A DNA stretch of 61,217 nucleotides, the filler included. It is 6 parts of 6 records of this genome, joined end to end, with 100 filler letters (N's around TTAATTAATTAA, not from the genome) between each part and the next. Parts side by side here need not be neighbours in the genome. Positions count along the whole stretch, not along the records: positions 1 to 11,790 come from SRR2962707_3185; 5 more parts are not named here. One strand, written 5' to 3'. Each line of letters starts with the position of its first letter. Position 1 is the stretch's first letter. A program made the position numbers and the translations under genes. The notes under the pieces were generated by a model. The model was not told the DNA's origin. It did no database searches and worked only from the letters and a program-made list of their open reading frames with translations. Positions 1 through 9,976 of this stretch are shown here, piece after piece.

Positions 1-434
1 TCTGCCCCGATCTCGCCCGCATCGGCGACAAATATTCCGATCTCTGGCATGTCGCTCACCTGACCAACCCTCGCGATGTCGTTCCTGAATCGAACATGCC
101 GGCCTATCGCTGGCTGTCTCGCAATGCGCTGAAAATAAGCGATCTGCCGCAGCATCTCGCGGCGCAACGCAAGGTTGGCGTTCCCTATACCGACGACATG
201 ATCGAAAACGCGGCCGAAGACGCATACGGTCAGGCCACTCCTGACAGCGACGCCGCATATGGCGTTGCCGAGCGTTACGGTGAGGAGACGCAGGTGCGCG
301 CCTTCGATGGCGTCACGACGCGCCTGACCGAAATGGACGCCCTGGTTGCCTATCTTCAGGTGCTTGGCCGCCTGACCGCGGCCGCCTATGAAGACACGGC
401 CGCGCCCCAGAAGGCCCCGGAGCCGATCGAATGA
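1..434 (+). CDS. ccoO: cbb3-type cytochrome c oxidase subunit II, 5'-truncated
   Basis: Frame open from base 3: PDLARIGDKYSDLWHVAHLTNPRDVVPESNMPAY...TEMDALVAYLQVLG, the typical CcoO/FixO C-terminus; followed by ccoQ and ccoP. Confidence 0.95.
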   Translation, partial: CPDLARIGDKYSDLWHVAHLTNPRDVVPESNMPAYRWLSRNALKISDLPQHLAAQRKVGVPYTDDMIENAAEDAYGQATPDSDAAYGVAERYGEETQVRAFDGVTTRLTEMDALVAYLQVLGRLTAAAYEDTAAPQKAPEPIE

Positions 435-447
435 AGGAGGGTGCGTG

Positions 448-618
448 ATGGATATCGACCACGGCACTCTGGTCTTCTTTTCGAAGAGCTGGGGTCTGTT
501 CTATCTGATGGCGTTTGCGGTTTGCGTTCTCGCTTACACTTTCTGGCCCGCGAACAAGAAGCGTTTCGACAAGGCCAAGGAAAGCATTCTCGACCCGGAA
601 GACAAGCCATGGCAGTAG
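448..618 (+). CDS. ccoQ: cbb3-type oxidase subunit CcoQ
   Basis: 56 aa, one TM helix, SWGLFYL...YTFWPANKKRFD motif; GGAGG RBS; lies between ccoO and ccoP. Confidence 0.92.
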   Translation: MDIDHGTLVFFSKSWGLFYLMAFAVCVLAYTFWPANKKRFDKAKESILDPEDKPWQ

Positions 619-1490
619 AAGAGCGCGATCCCGTCAGCGGCCACAAGACTACTGGCCACGAATGGAACGGCATCAAGGAACTGGACACGCCCGTCCCCAA
701 GGGTGTGCTGATCTTCCTGATCGTCACGCATATCTTCGCGGTTCTCTGGTGGTTTCTGATGCCGACATGGCCGCTTGGAAGCACCTACACAAAGGGACTT
801 CTGGACGTCAATCAACGCAAGACGGTTGAAGAACAACTCGTCAGCTCGGCAGCCGAGCGGGCCTCCTGGAAGGACAAGATCGAAACATTGGGCTTTGATG
901 AAATTCAAGCCGACCCGGAGCTCATGACGATTGTCAAAAGCAGCGGCCATCAATTGTTTGGAGACAATTGCGCGGCCTGTCACGGCGTCGATGGAAAAGG
1001 CCGAGCCAATTATCCCGATCTGACAGATGACGACTGGCTCTGGGGCGGTGATGTCGAGACCATCGCCGAGACAGTACGTGTCGGGATCAACTCGGAGCAC
1101 CCTGATAGCCGGTTCGCGCAAATGATGTCTTTCGGAGCCGACGGAATACTCAGCCGCGCGGAGGTGAGCGGAGTGTCCGCCTATGTCTACTCACTCAGCA
1201 ATCCGGGTTATTCGACGGATGCGACCATCGCCAGGATCGAAACCGGAAGAGAAGTTTTCGCCGCCAATTGCGCCGTGTGCCACGGCGACGACGCGCGAGG
1301 GAACCGGGAACTTGGCGCGCCCAACCTGAGGGATCAGTATTGGGTGTACGGTGGCGATCTGCAGACCATCGTGAACTCGGTCCATGGCGGCAGACAGGGA
1401 CATATGCCCACATGGGATGAACGGCTGACCACAGCGGACATCAATATTCTCGCGCTCTACGTTCACTCCCTGGGAACGGAGAAACCATGA
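609..1490 (+). CDS. ccoP: cbb3-type oxidase subunit III (dihaem c)
   Basis: TTGHEWNGIKELDTPVP N-terminus; haem motifs CAACH and CAVCH; GHMP ligand. Confidence 0.96.
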   Translation: MAVEERDPVSGHKTTGHEWNGIKELDTPVPKGVLIFLIVTHIFAVLWWFLMPTWPLGSTYTKGLLDVNQRKTVEEQLVSSAAERASWKDKIETLGFDEIQADPELMTIVKSSGHQLFGDNCAACHGVDGKGRANYPDLTDDDWLWGGDVETIAETVRVGINSEHPDSRFAQMMSFGADGILSRAEVSGVSAYVYSLSNPGYSTDATIARIETGREVFAANCAVCHGDDARGNRELGAPNLRDQYWVYGGDLQTIVNSVHGGRQGHMPTWDERLTTADINILALYVHSLGTEKP

Positions 1491-1684
1491 CAGCGGGCCG
1501 CGGAAGGGCCAGTCGCGCGACGATGCTTTTCGTCTGGGTACTCATACCGGCAGCGCTGCTGGTGTTTGTCGCCGCCAACGCGCATCTTGTTTACGTCGCG
1601 TACGACTCTCGGCCCGGCTGCGTCCCGCACCTGAAAGAAGCCGGCAAGGACGGGAATTTCAGAGCAGCGAAATCTGCCTGCTGA
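1487..1684 (+). CDS. small membrane protein in cco operon
   Basis: 65 aa, one TM helix, two Cys, ATGA overlap with ccoP. Confidence 0.7.
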   Translation: MTAGRGRASRATMLFVWVLIPAALLVFVAANAHLVYVAYDSRPGCVPHLKEAGKDGNFRAAKSAC

Positions 1685-1697
1685 GGAGGTTCGACCG

Positions 1698-2516
1698 ATG
1701 AATGAAGCCGACAGCTCTTATGGACTGCTGAGCGAAACTTCCAGCATCGCCGAAACGAGAAACGTGCACCTTCAGAGGCACCTGCCCCTGTGGGCAAGCC
1801 TGCGGTGGCTGCGCGCGGGCTGGCGCGACCTGACCCGACAACCCATACAAAGCCTTGCTTACGGTCTGGGAATTTTCCTCGTTTCGCTCGCTCTTGTCTG
1901 GCTGCTCGCCTATTTCGGGCTGGATTACATTCTTTTTCCCGCTCTGGCCGGGTTCATGATCGTGGCTCCCGTTCTTGCAATCGGGCTCTATGAAAAAAGC
2001 CGGGTGCTCGAAGAGGGAGAAAGCATAACGCTGCAACGCATGGTCCGGGCAAAGCCGCGTTCCGGTGCGCAAATCTATTTTGCGGGCGTGATGCTCTGCC
2101 TGCTCATGCTTCTGTGGATGCGCGCCGCCGTCATCATTTATGCCCTTTTCTTTGGCGTGAAACCTTTCTCGGGATTGGATCACATTGTCGAAGTGTTCCT
2201 CACACAGCCAATAGGGTGGGCGATGCTTGGTGTGGGAACGGCAGTCGGCGGCCTTTTCGCCTCTTTCGCTTTTGCGATCAGCGTCTTCTCAATCCCGATG
2301 CTGCTCGACCGGGACACCGACGCCATGACTGCAATGGGCACGAGCATGGCGCTCGTCTGGAACAATTTTCTTCCGATGGTGGTCTGGGGAGTGATCGTCA
2401 TCGCTCTCTTCGCCGTGAGCGTCCTGACCGGGCTAGCAGGACTCATCGTCATCTTTCCGTTGCTTGGACATGCCACCTGGCATGCATACCGGACGGTAGC
2501 TCGTCCGGAGGAATAG
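1698..2516 (+). CDS. DUF2189 family integral membrane protein
   Basis: WLRAGWRDL, GLYEKSR and PLLGHATWHAYR motifs; about 6 TM helices; GAGG RBS. Confidence 0.85.
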   Translation: MNEADSSYGLLSETSSIAETRNVHLQRHLPLWASLRWLRAGWRDLTRQPIQSLAYGLGIFLVSLALVWLLAYFGLDYILFPALAGFMIVAPVLAIGLYEKSRVLEEGESITLQRMVRAKPRSGAQIYFAGVMLCLLMLLWMRAAVIIYALFFGVKPFSGLDHIVEVFLTQPIGWAMLGVGTAVGGLFASFAFAISVFSIPMLLDRDTDAMTAMGTSMALVWNNFLPMVVWGVIVIALFAVSVLTGLAGLIVIFPLLGHATWHAYRTVARPEE

Positions 2517-2518
2517 AG

Positions 2519-4786
2519 ATGTCGCATTGCGCACCGGACATGAGCTCCGGGTCCTATTCGCCTGACTCAGTGAGCCAACCTGCCGAAGAAATCGTTTTCG
2601 CCAGCCGGACGGTCGAGGACGGCCTCTTCCAGACAGACCTGTCTATTCCCTCCGCGCATTGCGGCGCCTGCATGGCGGCGATAGAAAAAACATTGTCGCA
2701 GCTCGACGGCGTCGTTTCGGCCCGGCTCAACCTTTCCACCAAACGCGCCTCGGTCAAATGGCGGAAGGACGGCCCCGTGCCGCCGCTTACCCAGGCGCTG
2801 AAGAAAGCCGGATACGAAGCCAGTCTCGCTTCGCACGAGGACTCGGAGGCAGACCCTGAGATCGGACGGCTGGTGCGCGCAACGGCGGTCGCCGGCTTTG
2901 CCGCAATGAACATCATGCTGCTCTCTGTTTCGGTATGGGCAGGCGCCGATGACGGAACGCGCCATGCCTTCCACCTCATATCCGCCCTGATCGCCCTTCC
3001 CGCTATCGCCTATTCGGGGCGCATCTTCTTTCTGTCCGCATGGTCTGTCCTCGGATCGGGCGCGACAAACATGGATGTGCCCATATCCGTCGGCATTCTT
3101 CTCACCCTGGCGTTGAGCGTCTACGACACATTCCAGAACGGACCCCACGCCTATTTCGACGCCGTCACCACGCTGACCTTTTTCCTGCTGGGTGGCCGCA
3201 CTCTCGACCACATGATGAGAAGGCGTGCGCGAACCGCTGTGATGGGGCTCGCGAAGATGATGCCGCGCGGCGCCACCGTGCGTGCGCCGGACGGGACGTT
3301 GGCTTACAAACCGCAAGAGGCGATCGCGCCCGGAGAACAGGTTCTCCTCAATCCGGGCGACCGCATCCCTCTGGACGGCGTTGTGGAAGCCGGAACGGCC
3401 GACATCGATGCGGCAGTCGTCACGGGGGAAGCAACCCCTGTTTCGGTAAAGCCTGGCAGCGCAGTTCTATCGGGCATGCTCAATCTCAACGGTTCGCTCG
3501 AAATCCGTGTGACAAAAACCGCGCAGAGCTCATTCGTTTCGGAAATGATCCGGATGATGGAAGGCGCCGAGCATGGCCGCGCCCGCTACAGGCAGATCGC
3601 CGACAGGGCGGCCTCCCTTTATTCACCCGTCGTTCACACACTTGCGGCGGGCGCGTTTATCGCCTGGGTGGCGCTCACCGGAGATTTTCACCGTTCGATG
3701 ACTGCCGCAATCTCGGTCTTGATCATAACCTGCCCGTGCGCGCTGGGTCTTGCCGTGCCGATGGTTCAGGTGATGGCGGCGCGGCGTCTGTTCGAACGCG
3801 GAGTTGCATTGAAAGATGGAAGCGCGCTGGAACGCCTGGCGCAAATCGACACCGTGATCTTCGACAAGACGGGAACGCTGACGGCGGGCGACCTGCAAGT
3901 GACGGACTGCACCGTTACGGGCAGCGATCTGGATGCCGCCGCGGCGCTCGCGGCACGATCGAGACATCCCGCCTCGCGCGCCGTGGCCACATTGCACCGG
4001 AGCGAACTCGATCCGCAAGACTTCGAGGAACATCCCGGACAAGGGATTGAAGCGCGAATTGGAAACGCTCGCTACAGGTTGGGCCAGCGCAATTGGGTAA
4101 CACATGAGGCTCCGCGCCGCGCAGCAGCGGGAAAGGTGTCCGCCACCTTCCTGTCGAAAGATGGAGTGCTCGTCGGGTCTTTCGAGTTCGCCGATTCTCT
4201 TCGTCCCGAAGCACGAGAGACAATTGGCATCCTGCACAGGAAGGGGCTCCGCACGGAGGTACTTTCCGGCGACCGCGAAGAGCCTGTTTCCGCGCTATCG
4301 GCTTCCATCGGGATCGAAAACTTCCATTCCGGCCTTGACCCTCACGGAAAGGTTGAGCACCTGAGAAAACTGCAAGACCAGGGCAGAAAGACGCTGATGG
4401 TCGGGGATGGTTTAAATGACGCACCGGCCCTGTCCGCCGCGCATGTCTCGATTGCACCTGCAAATGCAGCAGATGTCGGCCGGGCGGCCGCCGACCTCGT
4501 GTTCTTCGGGCGCAGCCTCAAATCCGTGCCCGAGGCACTGGATATTGCGCGAGCAGCCCGTCATCTTGTGCACCAGAACCTGACGCTCGCCATCGGCTAC
4601 AACGTGCTTGTCATTCCCGTAGCGCTTGCCGGTTATGTTACGCCACTGATGGCCGCGTTTGCCATGTCGTTGTCTTCAATCCTTGTCGTGGGAAACGCAC
4701 TGAGATTCCCGAGGCCAAAGGATCGGGGGATTGCTAAGACTGCCAGGGCGGCCACGCCGCCTCAACTGAGAGAGGTGGCGCAATGA
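2519..4786 (+). CDS. ccoI: Cu-transporting P1B-type ATPase FixI/CcoI
   Basis: HMA CGAC, TGE, CPC, DKTGT and GDGLNDAP motifs; cco context; start placed at ATG 2519. Confidence 0.93.
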   Translation: MSHCAPDMSSGSYSPDSVSQPAEEIVFASRTVEDGLFQTDLSIPSAHCGACMAAIEKTLSQLDGVVSARLNLSTKRASVKWRKDGPVPPLTQALKKAGYEASLASHEDSEADPEIGRLVRATAVAGFAAMNIMLLSVSVWAGADDGTRHAFHLISALIALPAIAYSGRIFFLSAWSVLGSGATNMDVPISVGILLTLALSVYDTFQNGPHAYFDAVTTLTFFLLGGRTLDHMMRRRARTAVMGLAKMMPRGATVRAPDGTLAYKPQEAIAPGEQVLLNPGDRIPLDGVVEAGTADIDAAVVTGEATPVSVKPGSAVLSGMLNLNGSLEIRVTKTAQSSFVSEMIRMMEGAEHGRARYRQIADRAASLYSPVVHTLAAGAFIAWVALTGDFHRSMTAAISVLIITCPCALGLAVPMVQVMAARRLFERGVALKDGSALERLAQIDTVIFDKTGTLTAGDLQVTDCTVTGSDLDAAAALAARSRHPASRAVATLHRSELDPQDFEEHPGQGIEARIGNARYRLGQRNWVTHEAPRRAAAGKVSATFLSKDGVLVGSFEFADSLRPEARETIGILHRKGLRTEVLSGDREEPVSALSASIGIENFHSGLDPHGKVEHLRKLQDQGRKTLMVGDGLNDAPALSAAHVSIAPANAADVGRAAADLVFFGRSLKSVPEALDIARAARHLVHQNLTLAIGYNVLVIPVALAGYVTPLMAAFAMSLSSILVVGNALRFPRPKDRGIAKTARAATPPQLREVAQ

Positions 4787-4980
4787 CCTCCCTTCTCTGG
4801 CTCGTTCCAATAGCATTGGGAATGGGGTTCGTGGCGCTGTGCGCATTCCTCTGGTCGATGCGGAGCCGTCAATATGACGATCTGGATGGAGCCGCGGAGA
4901 GGATTTTGCTCGGCCAGAAGGAGGACCGTCCGATCCCCGATCGCGCCGGACCACGACGAGATCGACAGGATCATGGATAA
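4783..4980 (+). CDS. ccoS: cbb3 oxidase maturation protein CcoS/FixS
   Basis: LVPIAL...FLWSMRSRQYDDLDGAAERIL signature. Confidence 0.92.
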   Translation: MTSLLWLVPIALGMGFVALCAFLWSMRSRQYDDLDGAAERILLGQKEDRPIPDRAGPRRDRQDHG

Positions 4981-5046
4981 GTAGCGAAGAAGCCCAGACC
5001 CGGATTTTAGTATCCGCCGCATTATCGCCAGATCGAGGATTGTTTC

Positions 5047-5184
5047 ATGACAGAGAAGATGACATTCAAAATCGACCCGGTTGCAGCGGTGGCTTTTCTG
5101 TTCGGAGCCGCTGTCATCGTCCCGAGCGTGATCGCACTCGTCATCACTCTTTTCGCTGTAGCTCGCATCCTTTTTCACCTTTGA
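5047..5184 (+). CDS. putative 45-aa hydrophobic small protein (not in ORF track)
   Basis: GAGGA RBS then MTEKMTFKIDPVAAVAFLFGAAVIVPSVIALVITLFAVARILFHL. Confidence 0.45.
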   Translation: MTEKMTFKIDPVAAVAFLFGAAVIVPSVIALVITLFAVARILFHL

Positions 5185-5313
5185 GAACAGGCGCGACCGC
5201 GATCTCCATACTTCTGCCAATAGCGCAGTGTTCTGGAGCTTAAACCACGCCGGCGCGTGACCGGTGCTCCAGCCCGTGAAAGCGCGGGCGGTTATCCCAT
5301 TGTGTCGTGAAGC

Positions 5314-6708
5314 TCAATTTCTCCGGGAGTTGCGGCGCGCGAGCGAGGCGCTGAGGCGCGCTTGCCGTTCGCGGCTGATGGGATAGTTCCAGATCACCAG
5401 CATCGAGCAGAAGGAGAGGACAAGCGGTACGGCGCAATAGACAATGAGCATCGCGTTGATCGCGTTTGGGCTATGGGTTTCGGTTTGCGGATCGAACCCC
5501 GCCCACGCAAGCACCGGCAGAGCGAGCCCGATGCCAACGGCCTCGAAAATCTTGCGGACCATTCCCAGAAACGAGACAAGAAAGGCCGCCCGCGGCTCCC
5601 CACTTTTCAGCATGTCGATGTCGCCGATATCGGCAAGGATGGAGAGCCCAAGAATGGATCCCGCACCGCTGGTAAACCCTTGCACGATGGCGACCGCCAG
5701 CATGGCCGGGAAAACAAGTTCAGGCGACACCGGCTTAAGCCAGAGAATGATGAAAGGCACGAAAGCGAATGCTGCGATGCTCAACGCCGCCGCGCAGCCG
5801 AGCGCCTTATGCTTGCTGACCCGCCCGCCGAGAAAAACCCAGAATGGGGCACCCAAAATTGCAAAAAGAAACATCGCGAAAATGAGAAGCGGTGCTTCGG
5901 CGCCAAGCCCCGCGACATGCTCGTAGAACAGGATTGCGACCCCTGTACCGACCGAGCCGGAAAGTGCTCCGAAAATGGATGCGACAAGCAGGACGCGAAA
6001 GGGTTTGTTCTGAAGCACGATCTTCAGCCCCTTGCCGAAGGGCACGGACTGGACCGCCGGCCGCTTCGGTTCTCCGAGCGCCAGGAACAGCCAGATCGCA
6101 CCAATCGGGAGGAGAATGACCGTCGACCAACCGAGCCATGACATGGCACCGCGGCTTGAAGCGACGTTCTCGCCCGCGTCGTTTAAGACACCATAGAGTA
6201 GCGGTATCGAAATCGCTGTGAGCAGGCCAACCTGCAAGAATATTTCGCGCGCGCCGGCGATGCGGCTGCGCTCCTGGTAGTCATTCGAAATCTCCGTTCC
6301 CCATGCGACATAGGGAATGGCGATCAGCGTAAAGGCGAGATAGATCGCCGATATGCAGAACAGGAGATAAAGGTTGCTGACCTCGGCGGGAGGCTGAAAG
6401 AGCATGAACGAAGAGGCGGCCAACAAAGGCACACCGACGATGATCCACGGCCGGCGGCGACCGAAGCGCGTATGCGTCTTGTCGCTCAGAAAGCCGATAA
6501 GCGGATCGGTCACGACGTCGCTCAATCGCGCAATCATGAGAATGAAGCCAACAGTGGCGAGGTTCAACCCCAGCGTTCCGGCATAGAAAGACGGAATGTA
6601 AATGCCAATCGGCAGGCCGATGATCGCCAGCGGGATGATGAACTGTCCATACCCGATGAGCTGCCCGGTCTTGAGACGGGCGCCGTCGCCATTTGTACCG
6701 TCTGTCAT
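5314..6708 (-). CDS. MFS glycoside-pentoside-hexuronide (GPH) symporter
   Basis: ARLSDVVTDPLIGFLSDKTHTRFGRRRPWI and ERSRI motifs; about 12 TM helices; alternative start 6729. Confidence 0.9.
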   Translation of the reverse strand: MTDGTNGDGARLKTGQLIGYGQFIIPLAIIGLPIGIYIPSFYAGTLGLNLATVGFILMIARLSDVVTDPLIGFLSDKTHTRFGRRRPWIIVGVPLLAASSFMLFQPPAEVSNLYLLFCISAIYLAFTLIAIPYVAWGTEISNDYQERSRIAGAREIFLQVGLLTAISIPLLYGVLNDAGENVASSRGAMSWLGWSTVILLPIGAIWLFLALGEPKRPAVQSVPFGKGLKIVLQNKPFRVLLVASIFGALSGSVGTGVAILFYEHVAGLGAEAPLLIFAMFLFAILGAPFWVFLGGRVSKHKALGCAAALSIAAFAFVPFIILWLKPVSPELVFPAMLAVAIVQGFTSGAGSILGLSILADIGDIDMLKSGEPRAAFLVSFLGMVRKIFEAVGIGLALPVLAWAGFDPQTETHSPNAINAMLIVYCAVPLVLSFCSMLVIWNYPISRERQARLSASLARRNSRRN

Positions 6709-6737
6709 GCGCAGTCCGTTCGCGATCATGAGAATTT

Positions 6738-6772
6738 AAAAAGACCGGCCGCAATGTTTCCACTGCGGCCGG
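6738..6772 (-). terminator. rho-independent terminator after DUF1329 gene
   Basis: Minus strand CCGGCCGCA-GTGGAAACAT-TGCGGCCGG followed by TCTTTTT. Confidence 0.7.
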
Positions 6773-6820
6773 AGAGTCACAGGTCGGGAACGCAGACCCG
6801 TGGAGGGTTCATGATCGTTC

Positions 6821-8164
6821 TCAGCGCCGTCCGTAGCGGCGCATCGAATCCGGCGTGAAGAAGGTGTTGTCCACCACCTCTTCAGCCGCATAGTCCGCTC
6901 TTCCGGGACCGACGATGATGCTGTCGGCCACGTAACGGTCGGCGTTCAGATCGTGATAGAAATCGGCCGCCGTCACGCAGCCCGGCATCTCCGGCGCCAT
7001 GAAGGTGTGGTTCTCCTGGAAACGATAGAGGTTGCCCTTCGTGTCGTAGAGATCGGCGACAACGGGTGTCCAGGTGTCTTCATCCATATAGAAGACGCGC
7101 TTGCTGAACGTGTTCCGCCAGCCCTCTTTCACCGTTGCCTCGACAACCCAGACACGATGGAGTTCGTAGCGGGCAAGGTCTCGGCTCGGATACTTGCCGC
7201 TCGTGATGACGTCCGAGACTTCGACACCGGCAGTCCGGAATTTCGAGGCGTTGTAGGGAACATAGAGTTCCTTCTTGCCGACGAGCTTCCAGTCGTAGCG
7301 GTCCGGCAGACCGTTATACATATAGGTCTGGTCGAAGGTGCGGATATCGTCCTGGCCGGGCGTGTCGTAATTCGCGGTCGGCGCCTTTTTCACGCGGCGG
7401 AGGCCGGGAATGTAGACCCAGGATTCGTTGCTGTCGTCGTAGGGCTGCAACGTCATGATGATGCCGCCGACAGACGCCGCGGGGGCAATCTGCTTGTAGA
7501 CGAACTTCGTCATGTACTCGTTGTCGATTTCGCGCGCATTCGACTCGTAGTAGGGCGCATAGGTGTGGATGACGCCGGTGTTGACGACGTAGCTGCCATC
7601 CGTTTGCGAGTTGACGATGTTGACGGTGAGATTGGTGTGCTTGCCCTTGAAGGCGGTGCGATAATTCGCAATGGCCTGCAAACCGGTCTCCGGCAGGGGA
7701 AACAGGAACCCGCCATGGCCGGCGAGAATGCCACCCTTTTCACTCAACTTCGCAACGCCGACATTTGCCTTCGTACCGTCGTAGATTTCCTGCGAGTATC
7801 CGCAGCTCCGGCGCGAGGGGTAGACGTCCATCCGGTAGCCGTCATATCGCTTGACGATGGCGACCTGTCCCGGCGACAGCTTGTCGGCGTACTGATCGAC
7901 ATTCGACGCGTCAATCGAGAAGAGCTTGGCGTCGCCCGCATAAGGATCGACCCGCAGGTCGCCCTTCTTCCACCCCGCTGGAACGGCAAGATCGCCGCCG
8001 GTCCATGCCGGGATCGTTCCGTCCGCATTTCCGGCACGCTCCGCCCCGACAGGCGTGAGAGAGTTACCGAGATCGCTGACGTCGGCCGCCAAGGCACCGC
8101 CAGCCAGAGCGAACGTCAATGCAAAACCAGCAAGGCCGTTCATCCAATTGTTTCTAACAGACAT
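6821..8164 (-). CDS. DUF1329 family periplasmic protein
   Basis: Signal peptide; LTPVGAERAGNADGTIPAWTGG, WVYIPGLRRVKKAP, DRYDWKLVGKKELYVPYN and RYELHRVWVVEAT motifs. Confidence 0.93.
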   Translation of the reverse strand: MSVRNNWMNGLAGFALTFALAGGALAADVSDLGNSLTPVGAERAGNADGTIPAWTGGDLAVPAGWKKGDLRVDPYAGDAKLFSIDASNVDQYADKLSPGQVAIVKRYDGYRMDVYPSRRSCGYSQEIYDGTKANVGVAKLSEKGGILAGHGGFLFPLPETGLQAIANYRTAFKGKHTNLTVNIVNSQTDGSYVVNTGVIHTYAPYYESNAREIDNEYMTKFVYKQIAPAASVGGIIMTLQPYDDSNESWVYIPGLRRVKKAPTANYDTPGQDDIRTFDQTYMYNGLPDRYDWKLVGKKELYVPYNASKFRTAGVEVSDVITSGKYPSRDLARYELHRVWVVEATVKEGWRNTFSKRVFYMDEDTWTPVVADLYDTKGNLYRFQENHTFMAPEMPGCVTAADFYHDLNADRYVADSIIVGPGRADYAAEEVVDNTFFTPDSMRRYGRR

Positions 8165-8203
8165 TATTTTCCTCCCGGTCCGCCTCTGCGGACCACCCTG
8201 TGG

Positions 8204-9883
8204 TCAGAATGAATAGGACGCAGTGACCGTGACAAAGTCCCGGTCGGAATTGCGCGCGGTCAGTCCGCCACCGATGTTGTTGGTGTACTGAATGGATGCC
8301 GTGTAGGTCGACCGGAAGTCAGCCGATACGCCGACCGATACCGCCCGCTTGCCTTCGACGGGCGTGCCGGAGACGGAGCGATCCAGAGCCGTGCCGTTCA
8401 CATCGCAGTTGAAGCTGATGCTCGGCGTAAGCTTGAGGCCCGAAATGAACACGTTCGAATAGGCCGCACTCGCGCTGGTCGTGAAGCCCCAGGCAGATTC
8501 ATTGCCGGAGACGCCCACAGGCGTTTCATCGAAAGTGACGACACCCACTTCGCCGTAGAGGTCGACCGTGTCGGCACCGATCCAGGCCGGTACCTGGCCG
8601 ATATAGGGCAAGCTCGGCGCAACCGTCACGGCGACGTTGGCGATATAGCTCATGCGGTCCGCGTAGGTCACGCCATCAACCCGCGAGGTGGTGCCGGAAG
8701 CCGCCGCCGCATTGGTCGCCGCCGTTATGGCGTCGTCCAGCATCAGCGGAAAGTCCGGCTGATAGGCTGCTTCAGCGCCGAACGCCACGGGACCGAGCGG
8801 GAAGCTCAGGCTGGCGCCGTAAAGGTCGATGTCCTCAGGAAAATGCGCGTAGTAACCCGTCGGAACAGCGAGCAGGCAGGGCGGCAAGTTGAAGAGACAG
8901 GCGCCCGTGGCCGAGAGGTAGGGCGTTTTGGCGTGGTAATTCAGATAATAGAGGCTCGCTTCCGTAGCGAGACTGTCGATGAAGTAGCGCGCGGCAACGC
9001 CGTACTGCCCGCTGTCTTTCGGCTCATCATCCGCAAGCTTTGGAATGCCGGCGGCAATGGCTGCCGGATAGCCGACGCCGCCCGGGTCACCGGCAAAGAA
9101 GAAGCCTTCTGCGCCTTCCCCGAGGATATCTTCAGTCGAATGGAACGTGCCGACCGGAACGAGCTCCGTGTTGCGCCACAGGAACTGGTAATAGGCTTCG
9201 AGGCTGAGCCCCGGAAGCGGCGCGATATTCGCGTAGATCATGGGCGAGGGCAGATAGCCTTCGCGGATGTTGGTACCAGGCGTTACCAGTCGTCCGACAT
9301 CGACCGCATTGGTCTGATTGATGCCACCCGGACGGAAAAGCGCCTCGCCCCAGTTGATGACCTGATTGCCCCCTCGAACCGTAAGCGGCATGCCTGCGAC
9401 GTCGAAGTCGCCATAGACATAGGCGTCGTAGAGATCGAAACCACGGCCGACCTGGCTGCGCGTCGCGTCGGAAAGATCGGTACGTCGCGTGCTTTCGGCG
9501 TTGTTGTTCACGAAGTCGTAGAAATAGGCCACGCTGACGAATGCCCCGTAGTTTTCCCACGACATATCGATCTCGTGCAGCATTCGTGTGGAGGCGGTGA
9601 AGATATCACCCCTTTTGTAGTTCAGATTACCGTCGTCAAAGTTTTCAGCCGCGACATTCGCATCCCGCCCGCCATTGAGGACGGAAATGAGATCCCCATC
9701 CGGATCGACGGTGCGAACACCGAGACCGCCGGACAGTGTCGATTTCAGATTCACGTCGATATTGCCAAACTTCCAATCGGCAGCCGACGCCGGTGCGATA
9801 GCTCCCATACCGGCAATCATCGTCCCCGCCAAAAGGCATGTTGTGCGTCCGGCCAAGGGCCGTCTCTTGTGCTTGTGTATCAT
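8204..9883 (-). CDS. DUF1302 family outer-membrane beta-barrel protein
   Basis: Signal peptide; DDGNLNY, LYDAYVY and GNQVINWGE motifs; C-terminal DRDFVTVTASYSF; adjacent to DUF1329. Confidence 0.92.
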   Translation of the reverse strand: MIHKHKRRPLAGRTTCLLAGTMIAGMGAIAPASAADWKFGNIDVNLKSTLSGGLGVRTVDPDGDLISVLNGGRDANVAAENFDDGNLNYKRGDIFTASTRMLHEIDMSWENYGAFVSVAYFYDFVNNNAESTRRTDLSDATRSQVGRGFDLYDAYVYGDFDVAGMPLTVRGGNQVINWGEALFRPGGINQTNAVDVGRLVTPGTNIREGYLPSPMIYANIAPLPGLSLEAYYQFLWRNTELVPVGTFHSTEDILGEGAEGFFFAGDPGGVGYPAAIAAGIPKLADDEPKDSGQYGVAARYFIDSLATEASLYYLNYHAKTPYLSATGACLFNLPPCLLAVPTGYYAHFPEDIDLYGASLSFPLGPVAFGAEAAYQPDFPLMLDDAITAATNAAAASGTTSRVDGVTYADRMSYIANVAVTVAPSLPYIGQVPAWIGADTVDLYGEVGVVTFDETPVGVSGNESAWGFTTSASAAYSNVFISGLKLTPSISFNCDVNGTALDRSVSGTPVEGKRAVSVGVSADFRSTYTASIQYTNNIGGGLTARNSDRDFVTVTASYSF

Positions 9884-9976
9884 CTCATCCTCCCGTTAAG
9901 CCCGAGACGCCGCACCACCCGGCACGGACCGCCCCCCGTTTTCTCACGTTTCATCGCGCACCGAGATGCGCGGTCT

